DNA of 64,000 nucleotides from a virus. Lineage: Duplodnaviria > Caudoviricetes. Shown in pieces: positions 37,875 to 46,030 of this stretch (the stretch's first letter is position 1; each line of letters opens with the position of its first letter). Position numbers and translations under genes: made by a program. The notes beneath the pieces are model-generated. The model worked only from the letters and a program-made list of their open reading frames with translations. It was not told the DNA's origin and did no database searches. Location of the stretch: IMG/VR virus record IMGVR_UViG_3300025889_000071; one strand, 5' to 3'.

Positions 37875-39728
37875 ATGCCATCAGATGTTTTTGGGTTAGA
37901 TGTAGTTTATGATAGACAGGTCGATTCTAATTGGCCAGAGTCTGCGAATTATGGTTACTTTGGTGGTGGTATTGCTCCACCTTTTGTTTGTACAATAGAC
38001 CGCATAGATTTTTCTAGTGAAACTGTATCGGAACCAAGTAGTGAATTAACTCAAGCAAGATATCTGTTAGCAGCAGTTTCTAATTCTAATTATGGTTACT
38101 TTGGTGGTGGTTATGCTCCACCACCTTTTGTTTGTACAATAGACCGATTAGATTTTTCTAGTGAGACCGTAACAGCACCAAGTAGTAATTTAACTCAAGC
38201 AAGAAACGGTTTAGCGGCAGTTTCTAATTCTAATTATGGTTACTTTGCTGGTGGTTTATTTAATTCATCTTATCTTTGTACAATCGACCGTATAGATTTT
38301 TCTAGTGAAACTGTATCGGAACCAAGTAGTGAATTAACTCAAACAAGACAGGGTTTAGCAGCAGTCTCAAATTCTAATTATGGATACTTTGCTGGTGGTA
38401 CAGCTCCACCTTTTGTTTGTGCCATTGACCGACTAGATTTTTCTAGTGAGACTGTAGCAGTGCCACCAGTAGGAGATCAATTAACTCAAGCAAGATATCA
38501 ATTAACAGCAGTCTCAAATTCTAATTATGGATACTTTGCTGGTGGTACAGCTCCACCTTTTGTTTGTACCATTGACCGACTAGATTTTTCTAATGAGACT
38601 GTATCGGAACCAAGTAGTGAATTAACTCAAGCAAGATATATTTTAGCAGCAGTCTCAAATTCCAATTATGGTTACTTTGCTGGTGGTAGTGTTCCAGCTA
38701 TTGTTTGTACCATTGACCGTTTAGATTTTTCTAATGAAACTGTATCGGAACCAAGCAGCAACTTAACTCAAGCAAGAAGTTATTTAGCGGCAGTTTCTGA
38801 TGGAAAATCAATAAACGCAAAAGGAGTTAAAAAAGGAACTGATGTTAATGGAGTTCCCATCTCTAGCACTTATGGATACTTTGGTGGTGGTGATGCTCCA
38901 GGTGTGGGTGTAGTATGCACCATTGATCGTATTGATTTTTCAAATGAAACGACATCAGTTCCATCAGTTGATAATCAATTAAGTGCTGCGAGGGATGATT
39001 TAACGGCAGTTTCTAATTCTAATTATGGATATTTTGCTGGTGGTTTTTCTCCACCTTTTATTTGTACTATTGACCGTTTAGATTTTTCTAACGAAATTAC
39101 ATCAATACCAAGTAGTCAATTGACTAGAAAAAGGGGAGATTTATCATCACTCTCTAATTCAAATTATGGTTATTTTGGTGGTGGTGCTAATCCACTCAGT
39201 ACTTCTACTGTTGATCGTATAGATTTTTCAAATGAAACTGTATCTGAACCTAGTTCAGATTTAACTCAAGCACGGCATGAACTTGCGGCAGTATCTAGTT
39301 CTAGTTATGGATACTTTGCCGGAGGAAATCCCCTTCGTAGCACGATTGATAGATTAGATTTTTCTAATGAAACTATAATTGTCCCTCCAGTAGGAAATCA
39401 TTTACCACAGGCTAGATCATTATTATTTGGAGTTTCTGATTCTAATTATGGTTACTTTGCTGGTGGTTCTCCTCCAGCACATTCTACTGTTGACCGTTTG
39501 GATTTTTCTAATGAGACTACATCAGCTCCATCACCAGAATTAGGAACGACAAGATTAGGACTTTCTGGAGTTTCTAATTCTAATTATGGTTACTTTGCTG
39601 GTGGAGATAATCCTTCCATTGGCTTTCTCAGTAGTTTTGATCGCATAGAATTTTCTACTGAGACTATTTCAGCACCAGCAAATAATTTACCTCAACCAAG
39701 AGGTACTTTAGCAGGAGTCTCAAACTAA
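37875..39728 (+). CDS. Kelch-like tandem beta-propeller protein 2 (2 x 6 blades)
   Basis: Seen: 12 repeats of ~47 aa, SNYGYFAGG-x-VCTIDRLDFSNETVSEPSSELTQAR-xx-LAAVSN, split 6+6 by the linker 'GKSINAKGVKKGTDVNGVPISST'. Confidence 0.85.
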   Translation: MPSDVFGLDVVYDRQVDSNWPESANYGYFGGGIAPPFVCTIDRIDFSSETVSEPSSELTQARYLLAAVSNSNYGYFGGGYAPPPFVCTIDRLDFSSETVTAPSSNLTQARNGLAAVSNSNYGYFAGGLFNSSYLCTIDRIDFSSETVSEPSSELTQTRQGLAAVSNSNYGYFAGGTAPPFVCAIDRLDFSSETVAVPPVGDQLTQARYQLTAVSNSNYGYFAGGTAPPFVCTIDRLDFSNETVSEPSSELTQARYILAAVSNSNYGYFAGGSVPAIVCTIDRLDFSNETVSEPSSNLTQARSYLAAVSDGKSINAKGVKKGTDVNGVPISSTYGYFGGGDAPGVGVVCTIDRIDFSNETTSVPSVDNQLSAARDDLTAVSNSNYGYFAGGFSPPFICTIDRLDFSNEITSIPSSQLTRKRGDLSSLSNSNYGYFGGGANPLSTSTVDRIDFSNETVSEPSSDLTQARHELAAVSSSSYGYFAGGNPLRSTIDRLDFSNETIIVPPVGNHLPQARSLLFGVSDSNYGYFAGGSPPAHSTVDRLDFSNETTSAPSPELGTTRLGLSGVSNSNYGYFAGGDNPSIGFLSSFDRIEFSTETISAPANNLPQPRGTLAGVSN

Positions 39729-39752
39729 ATACAACATAAGGAAATAGATATC

Positions 39753-42323
39753 ATGCCATCAGGAGTATTTGGTTTAGAAAAAACATATAAGAAGCAAAGA
39801 AAAAAAGATTGGCCAGAGTCTGCGAATTACGGTTATTCTGTGGGAACCACAAATCCTACACTTGCACCACCAACTGGAGGAGCTTGTATTATTGATAGAC
39901 TGGATCTTTCTACAGAAGTTGTTTCTAGTCCTGGATCAATTGCGAATTATACTTATGCCATGTTTGACATGTCATCCCTAATTGGTAGGAATTATGGATA
40001 TCTTGTCGGTGGAAAATCTCCATATAGTGCTGGTGTTCATTGTACAATAGTAAGACTTGATTTTTCAAATGAAACTTTTGAGGATATTGGTACTCATTTA
40101 AATTCATCTAAACAATGGACTTCTAGTGTCAACAGTCCGGAATATGGATACGTTTGTAGTGGTAGAGTTCCAACTCCAGCAGACATATCTACCATAGATA
40201 GATTGGATTTTTCTAGTGAAACTTTAACGTCTTCACTATCCAATCTTACGACATCTAGAACAAATGCTGGGTCAACTTATTCGACACAATATGGATATAT
40301 TGCTGCTGGTTTTGATGGCACATCTAATGTTGCTACAATAGATCGATTTGATTTTACCAACGAATCATCATCTGTGATTTCTGGAACATTAAATAATCCA
40401 GGCAGAACCGGATTATCTCAACATATACAAAGTCAGAGTTATGGATATGTTGCTAGTGGCAGTTCATCTTATCCCACCGTAGTGGATAAAATTGATTTTT
40501 CAAATGATAGTTTTTCAAGAACAACAGATATAACTGTAGGAAGAGGTTCTGCTGGAGGAGCATCTACTTTAAATTATGGATACTTATTGGGAGGTATGTT
40601 TCCATATCGTTCTGATATGGATAGAATAGACTTTTCAACGGACAGTGTATCAACACCTTCTTCAACACAAACTTTGAATAATAGGGGAGGTTCTACAGTA
40701 ATTGCGGGTGGAATAAACAAGAGTGCAAAATCAAGAAGATATTTTCTTGATGTTGATGCTGTCCCTATAGGAAATGCTACTGGTTACTTTGCTGGTGGTG
40801 GTGCTCCGGCTGTTGTTTGTACAATCGACCGTATAGATTTTTCTAATGAGACTGTATCGGAACCAAGTAGTGAATTAACTCAAGCAAGATATCAGTTAGC
40901 AGCAGTCTCAAATTCGAATTATGGGTACTTTGCTGGCGGTTTTGCTCCACCTCAAGTTTGTACAATAGACCGATTAGATTTTTCTAATGAGACTGTATCA
41001 GCACCAGGTAATGATTTAACTCAAGCAAGACAGTATTTAGCATCAGTCTCTAATTCTAATTATGGTTATTTTGGTGGTGGTGCTACTACTCCATCTTATG
41101 TTTGTACTATTGACCGATTAGATTTTTCTAATGAAACTGTATCAGAACCAAGTAGCAATTTAACTCAAGCAAGAAATCAATTAGCAGCAGTCTCAAATTC
41201 GAATTATGGTTACTTTGCTGGTGGTGGTCCAGGTAATGTTTGTACTATTGACCGACTAGATTTTTCTAATGAGACTGTATCGGAACCAAGTAGTGAATTA
41301 ACTCAAGCAAGAACTGCTTTAGCAGCAGTCTCTAATTCTAATTATGGATACTTTGCTGGTGGGTGGGCCCCACCTCAACTTTGTACAATAGACCGACTAG
41401 ATTTTTCTAATGAGACTGTATCGGAACCAAGTAGTGAATTAACTCAAGCAAGAAATGGTTCAGCAGCAGTCTCTAATTCTAATTATGGATACTTTGCTGG
41501 TGGTGCTACTCCATCTTATGTTTGTACTATTGACCGACTAGATTTTTCTAATGAGACTGTATCGGAACCAAGTAGTGAATTAACTCAAACAAGATATACT
41601 GCAGCAGGAGTCTCTGGTGGATGGGCTACTGCACCATCAATCGGACCAAGATCTGGACCAAGAACATCTGTCAATCCTGGTGGTGAAGGTGGTGGAGGTG
41701 GTGAAGGTGGTGGAGGTGCATCATCACAAATGACATTTAAGTATTATGGTTATGGATCAAATACGGGAACTTTATCCGTTCACTGGGCACCAGGACCACC
41801 CACTTCTAATACAATCAGTGCCGCACTTCCATTTACTGCCGATGGTTCAACAGTAACATCAATCTCCGGACAAACGCATCCAGGACCAGGACAAACTTGG
41901 AAATCTGCTACTGTAGATTTAAGTCCATTATCACCGAGCACCGGACACTTTGTATTTAAATATCGTACTGGAACAAGTTTTAGAGGAGACTTCCAACTTG
42001 ATGATATGGAATTCACACACTCTGGAGGAACTGATGATTTAGATCCGGATTTGAAGAGAACTGCATCAACCGATAATTGGCAAAAATGGAATGCTGGCCC
42101 ACCAGCAACATACAATACATCTTTCTTTTCTAATGTGACAGTTTCAACTTCTGCTCCTGGTGGATGGAACTATGATGCCGGAGGAACACCATCTGGTTCT
42201 ACTGGAACGACATCAGACTCTGATGGGAGTCCAACTGGATATTACATCTATGCAGAAACTTCTTCACCAAACTATCCACAGAAATATATGTGGTTGAGAA
42301 CTGCAACTCCGGTTACGATTTAG
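39753..42323 (+). CDS. Kelch-like tandem beta-propeller protein 3 with Gly-rich linker and C-terminal MAM-like domain
   Basis: Seen: a divergent first propeller, a highly regular second propeller, 'GGEGGGGGEGGGG' linker, then 'FKYYGYGSNTGTL', 'RGDFQLDD' and 'GYYIYAETSSPN'. Confidence 0.8.
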   Translation: MPSGVFGLEKTYKKQRKKDWPESANYGYSVGTTNPTLAPPTGGACIIDRLDLSTEVVSSPGSIANYTYAMFDMSSLIGRNYGYLVGGKSPYSAGVHCTIVRLDFSNETFEDIGTHLNSSKQWTSSVNSPEYGYVCSGRVPTPADISTIDRLDFSSETLTSSLSNLTTSRTNAGSTYSTQYGYIAAGFDGTSNVATIDRFDFTNESSSVISGTLNNPGRTGLSQHIQSQSYGYVASGSSSYPTVVDKIDFSNDSFSRTTDITVGRGSAGGASTLNYGYLLGGMFPYRSDMDRIDFSTDSVSTPSSTQTLNNRGGSTVIAGGINKSAKSRRYFLDVDAVPIGNATGYFAGGGAPAVVCTIDRIDFSNETVSEPSSELTQARYQLAAVSNSNYGYFAGGFAPPQVCTIDRLDFSNETVSAPGNDLTQARQYLASVSNSNYGYFGGGATTPSYVCTIDRLDFSNETVSEPSSNLTQARNQLAAVSNSNYGYFAGGGPGNVCTIDRLDFSNETVSEPSSELTQARTALAAVSNSNYGYFAGGWAPPQLCTIDRLDFSNETVSEPSSELTQARNGSAAVSNSNYGYFAGGATPSYVCTIDRLDFSNETVSEPSSELTQTRYTAAGVSGGWATAPSIGPRSGPRTSVNPGGEGGGGGEGGGGASSQMTFKYYGYGSNTGTLSVHWAPGPPTSNTISAALPFTADGSTVTSISGQTHPGPGQTWKSATVDLSPLSPSTGHFVFKYRTGTSFRGDFQLDDMEFTHSGGTDDLDPDLKRTASTDNWQKWNAGPPATYNTSFFSNVTVSTSAPGGWNYDAGGTPSGSTGTTSDSDGSPTGYYIYAETSSPNYPQKYMWLRTATPVTI

Positions 42324-42360
42324 AACTAAATATTTTTAAAGATTGAGAAATTGAGTTTGA

Positions 42361-43020
42361 ATGAATCATTTACTTGGTAATATCCTTATTCAACCAAATG
42401 TTGTGACAAAGGAAGGATGTAAATATCTCACAGAATATGTAAAGAAGGCACCCAAAATGAGGATGGGTGTTTATGATGCCGAAAAATCAAATGAAACAAA
42501 AAAGGATGAATCAAAAGTAGATCCAAATGTAAGAGATGTAGAGTGTGCCGATATACAACCAATCATGGCAGACGTTAAATCTCTTTATGATGATATGGTA
42601 TATAATGTCATCAATCCTTTTTATGACTTTTATATCAACGATAGTGAAGTTCCCCAGTTTTTATATTATAGGGAAGGAGGACACTACAAACCTCATTATG
42701 ATGGTGAAGCCTTATGGGTAAATCCTGATGGAACAAAGCAATGGAAAAAATCTATTGATAGAGATATTTCTACTGTTTTATTTTTGAATGATGATTTTGA
42801 GGGTGGAGAGTTTGTATTTCCAAAATACAGAATTCGTATTAAACCAGAACCAGGCCTTCTGATCGCATTTCCATCAACACATCATTATCTGCATGGAGTA
42901 GAACCAGTTAAATCTGGTGAGAGAATCGTCAGTGTTTGTTGGATGAGAGTAAAAGGAGTTCCAACAAAGGATGAGCAAGATAAACAGATTGCAGATAAAT
43001 ATGGAATAGAGGTCTATTAA
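42361..43020 (+). CDS. 2OG-Fe(II) dioxygenase, prolyl-4-hydroxylase-like
   Basis: Seen: 'YREGGHYKPHYD' (HxD), 'RDISTVLFLNDDFEGGEFVF', 'LIAFPS..YLHGVEPVKSGER' (distal His plus 2OG-binding Arg). Confidence 0.9.
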   Translation: MNHLLGNILIQPNVVTKEGCKYLTEYVKKAPKMRMGVYDAEKSNETKKDESKVDPNVRDVECADIQPIMADVKSLYDDMVYNVINPFYDFYINDSEVPQFLYYREGGHYKPHYDGEALWVNPDGTKQWKKSIDRDISTVLFLNDDFEGGEFVFPKYRIRIKPEPGLLIAFPSTHHYLHGVEPVKSGERIVSVCWMRVKGVPTKDEQDKQIADKYGIEVY

Positions 43021-43026
43021 TTTAAA

Positions 43027-43581
43027 ATGACACAACTTTTAAAACATTATTGGGTAGATAGGGATAATACCAGTGTCTTTGCAATTTCTTCATCAATGTG
43101 GAGTCGTCCCAGATTTGGATATGTGGCTCCTAATATCGCAGGTCTTGAGATCGTTCATAGAATAACTGATAGTAATGGTATTCCTTTTTGCTTATCGACT
43201 TGCCCCGATGATACTACCATCACAGAAGAAGATGGTCTTGAAATTCTGACTCAAGCAGAATGGGATGCAGAAATTGCTACTTATGATACCGCACAAGAAA
43301 CAAAAAGATATGTTGAGGTAAGAAGTATTCGAGATAAACTTCTGTCCGAGACTGATTGGATTGTCACAAAATCGTTGGAGACAGGTGTTGCTCTGTCATC
43401 AGAATTTACAACCTGGAGAACTGCTTTAAGAAATCTTCCAAATGGTTCTGAATTTCCACTTACTCTTCCTGATGCACCAGTTGCAGTTTCTGTAAGTAAT
43501 GCAGAATATCTGGCACAAGTAACTCAAATTCCGATGATTAATGATCCAAATGTTGTGGAAGAAGAATTACCTGGTGAGTAA
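43027..43581 (+). CDS. Tail fibre assembly chaperone-like protein
   Basis: Seen: C-terminal 'VRSIRDKLLSETDW...W(x)(x)WRTALRNLP', the R-x-x-L-L-x-x-T-D-W...R-x-A-L-R-x-L-P pattern of phage tail assembly chaperones. Confidence 0.7.
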   Translation: MTQLLKHYWVDRDNTSVFAISSSMWSRPRFGYVAPNIAGLEIVHRITDSNGIPFCLSTCPDDTTITEEDGLEILTQAEWDAEIATYDTAQETKRYVEVRSIRDKLLSETDWIVTKSLETGVALSSEFTTWRTALRNLPNGSEFPLTLPDAPVAVSVSNAEYLAQVTQIPMINDPNVVEEELPGE

Positions 43582-44148
43582 GGAATAACACTTCTCATTT
43601 CTATCATAAGCATAGTCAGCATACTCACCATTCTTTCTGACATAGTGTAGAAAGAGTTGCATAAACCTATCGTTCTTATGTGTTCGTAGTGGTGACCTCC
43701 AGTGAGGAACGATAGTTCCAAGATATGCAACACCATGTCCAACAGGTGTCACGACCTCTCTACGCTTCCCTGTGAGGTCTTTAAGTTTAATAGGCCACTC
43801 TGCATCACCACAGATATTCATCGTTACAGAGACCTCACAGGAGGGTCTGTCAGTGTGACAATTCATCCATCCTTTATTATGATATGTTGTAGTAAACCAA
43901 TATGATGGAATGAGTTCCTCTCCAAGTAGTTCTTCAAGAATAGGTTTCATTCTCTTCACAACAAATGTGGAGGACTCTGGAGCATAACAACACATCACAT
44001 TTCCTCTTTCAGGATCATAATGAGTTTTAAGACCTCCAAGATCATGAATTGCACCCATTAGATTCTGATATTTAATTTGTATTGCTTCTTGTTTACTAAT
44101 AATGTCTGGTATATAATGCCAACCTTTCTTTGCAAATGATGAAGTCAT
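43567..44148 (-). CDS. 2OG-Fe(II) oxygenase-like protein (only clear minus-strand gene in the window)
   Basis: Seen: 'CHTDRPSCEVSVTMNI' (HxD), 'WPIKL', 'GHGVAYLGTIVPHWR..FMQLFLHYV'; ATG start; upstream minus-strand CTAAATA. Confidence 0.8.
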   Translation of the reverse strand: MTSSFAKKGWHYIPDIISKQEAIQIKYQNLMGAIHDLGGLKTHYDPERGNVMCCYAPESSTFVVKRMKPILEELLGEELIPSYWFTTTYHNKGWMNCHTDRPSCEVSVTMNICGDAEWPIKLKDLTGKRREVVTPVGHGVAYLGTIVPHWRSPLRTHKNDRFMQLFLHYVRKNGEYADYAYDRNEKCYSLLTR

Positions 44149-44168
44149 ATATAAATTTCATGTTATAA

Positions 44169-44175
44169 TATTTAG
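44169..44175 (-). promoter_or_regulatory. Minus-strand late-promoter variant CTAAATA for the inverted oxygenase gene
   Basis: Seen: plus-strand TATTTAG, 20 nt upstream of ATG 44148 on the minus strand. Confidence 0.6.
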
Positions 44176-44191
44176 AAAAATCTTATTGATT

Positions 44192-45433
44192 ATGAATTAT
44201 AAGTTTAGCATTATCACCCCAGCACACAAAAAAAATCCATACCTTGAAGAACTTTATGATAGTATTTTGGCACAAACATATTCAAATTGGGAATGGGTTC
44301 TTTGGTTGAACAATCATTTAAAAGAGCATAATATATCAGAAAGAATTAGGAATGATGATAGGGTAAAGATTTTCAGGACAGAAAATACCTCAAAAAATAT
44401 TGGATATCATAAACATCATGCGTTTCATAAAGGAACGGGTGATGTTCTGGTTGAAGTTGATTATGACGATATGATTACTTCAAATTGTTTAGAAGAATTG
44501 AATAAAGCATATCAAGATGAGAATATTGGATTTGCATACAGTAATGCTATCCAATATAACATGAAAAAGGAATTTATTCCATATAATCCGGCCCATGGTT
44601 GGTCATATTCGAAAGTCAAGTTTCGTGAAGAAGAAAGATATGTAATGAATTCTTGGCATCCAAGTAGTCATAGTCTTTCATTTATTTGGTATGCTCCAGA
44701 TCATGTGAGGTCTTGGAGATCTGATTTATATAAAAAAGTTGGAGGACATAATCAAGAACTTGAAATATGTGATGATCATGAATTAATGATAAGGACATAT
44801 TTAAATACAAATATGTATTTTATAGAAAAACCGCTTTATGTTTATAGAGTAACTGGCAACAATACTTATTTGAAAAAAAATTCACAGATTCAAAAAGAAA
44901 CTGTAAGACTTGCTTATGAGAATGTTTATGCTCTTGCTGAACATGATGCTGAAAAAAATAATTTACTAAAAGTAGATCTTGGTGGAGGTTTATACCCCAG
45001 GGAAGGATATATGACAATCGATCAACATGATGCGGATATCATTTGTGATTTAAATGATGGAATTCCTCTTCCAGATAATAGTGTTGGAGTTTTGAATGCC
45101 AGTCATGTGATTGAGCATTTGAGAGATCCAATTAAAACAATGAGAGAGATACATCGGGTTCTTGCACATGGTGGTTGGGCTTTAATTGAAGTTCCTTCTA
45201 CAGATGGACGCGGGGCATGGCAAGATCCGACTCATGTGAGTTTTTGGAATGAACATAGTTTTTGGTATTATACTGACAAGAGTAAAGCAGAATTTATTAG
45301 GAATAAAGATATTAGATTTCAATCATATCGCCTAGATACATGGGAAATGTCTCCCCATATTCCTGTTGTTACCACAAATTTAGTTGCAATTAAAGAAGGT
45401 GGAAAAAGACTTCCAGGTATTTTAAATATTTGA
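44192..45433 (+). CDS. GT2-family glycosyltransferase fused to a class I SAM methyltransferase-like domain
   Basis: Seen: 'FSIITPAH', 'LYDSILAQTYSNWEW', 'VEVDYDD', 'DDHELMIR', then 'VDLGGG', 'ASHVIEHL', 'EIHRVLAHGG', 'GAWQDPTHVSFW'. ATG 44192 preferred over TTG 44186. Confidence 0.85.
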   Translation: MNYKFSIITPAHKKNPYLEELYDSILAQTYSNWEWVLWLNNHLKEHNISERIRNDDRVKIFRTENTSKNIGYHKHHAFHKGTGDVLVEVDYDDMITSNCLEELNKAYQDENIGFAYSNAIQYNMKKEFIPYNPAHGWSYSKVKFREEERYVMNSWHPSSHSLSFIWYAPDHVRSWRSDLYKKVGGHNQELEICDDHELMIRTYLNTNMYFIEKPLYVYRVTGNNTYLKKNSQIQKETVRLAYENVYALAEHDAEKNNLLKVDLGGGLYPREGYMTIDQHDADIICDLNDGIPLPDNSVGVLNASHVIEHLRDPIKTMREIHRVLAHGGWALIEVPSTDGRGAWQDPTHVSFWNEHSFWYYTDKSKAEFIRNKDIRFQSYRLDTWEMSPHIPVVTTNLVAIKEGGKRLPGILNI

Positions 45434-45434
45434 T

Positions 45435-46025
45435 ATGAATTATTTTTTAAAGAATCAAAAACTCAATGAGTCTCCAAGTCCAACATTATGGGTTGTAGAT
45501 AATTTTTATGATGATCCACATTCTATTAGAAATTTTGCATTGGAACAAAATTTCATTTCTGACAGTGGATATAAAGGAAAGAGAACTGAACATCAATATG
45601 AAATTCCTGGAACAAAGGAAAGATTTGAGATGATTATGAATAAAAAAATTACTGGATGGACAGACACATATACAATGTGTGGAAGATTTCAGTATTGCAC
45701 TTGTGAAGACCCATTAGTATATCATGCAGATTATCAAAGATGGGCCGCTACTGTTTACCTAACACCAGATGCTCCGTATGAGTGTGGAACATCTTTACTT
45801 GCACATAAAGAAACAAGGATTAGGCATGTTAGTGTTGAAGGATCTGATGTAATTTGGTCTAAAAAGTTTTTAGATCCTACACCTTGGGATCATATTGATG
45901 TTGTTGGCAATGTTTTTAATCGATTAGTCATATGGGATGCAAAGTGCCCTCATGCTGCGTCTAAATATTTTGGATATGATAAATATGACTCTAGATTATT
46001 CCATATGTTCTTTTTCGACACTTAA
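45435..46025 (+). CDS. 2OG-Fe(II)-fold protein (DUF6445-like)
   Basis: Seen: 'VVDNFYDDPHSIR', 'YHAD', 'WAATVYLTPDAP..CGTS', 'VFNRLVIWD..CPHAA..YFG...RLFHMFF'. Family name from memory. Confidence 0.7.
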   Translation: MNYFLKNQKLNESPSPTLWVVDNFYDDPHSIRNFALEQNFISDSGYKGKRTEHQYEIPGTKERFEMIMNKKITGWTDTYTMCGRFQYCTCEDPLVYHADYQRWAATVYLTPDAPYECGTSLLAHKETRIRHVSVEGSDVIWSKKFLDPTPWDHIDVVGNVFNRLVIWDAKCPHAASKYFGYDKYDSRLFHMFFFDT

Positions 46026-46030
46026 AGGCA

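Noticed and set aside
37875-41630. Diversity-generating retroelement (TR/VR pair)
   Set aside because: No reverse transcriptase in the window, all copies are coding blades, and differences are not confined to adenines of one template. An RT elsewhere in the genome cannot be excluded.
42361-43020. Calling the P4H-like enzyme the collagen prolyl hydroxylase
   Set aside because: The neighbouring collagen repeats contain no proline, so the substrate must be something else.
43524-43905. Small ORFs 43524..43742 (-) and 43702..43905 (+)
   Set aside because: They overlap the well-formed oxygenase gene and have no motifs.
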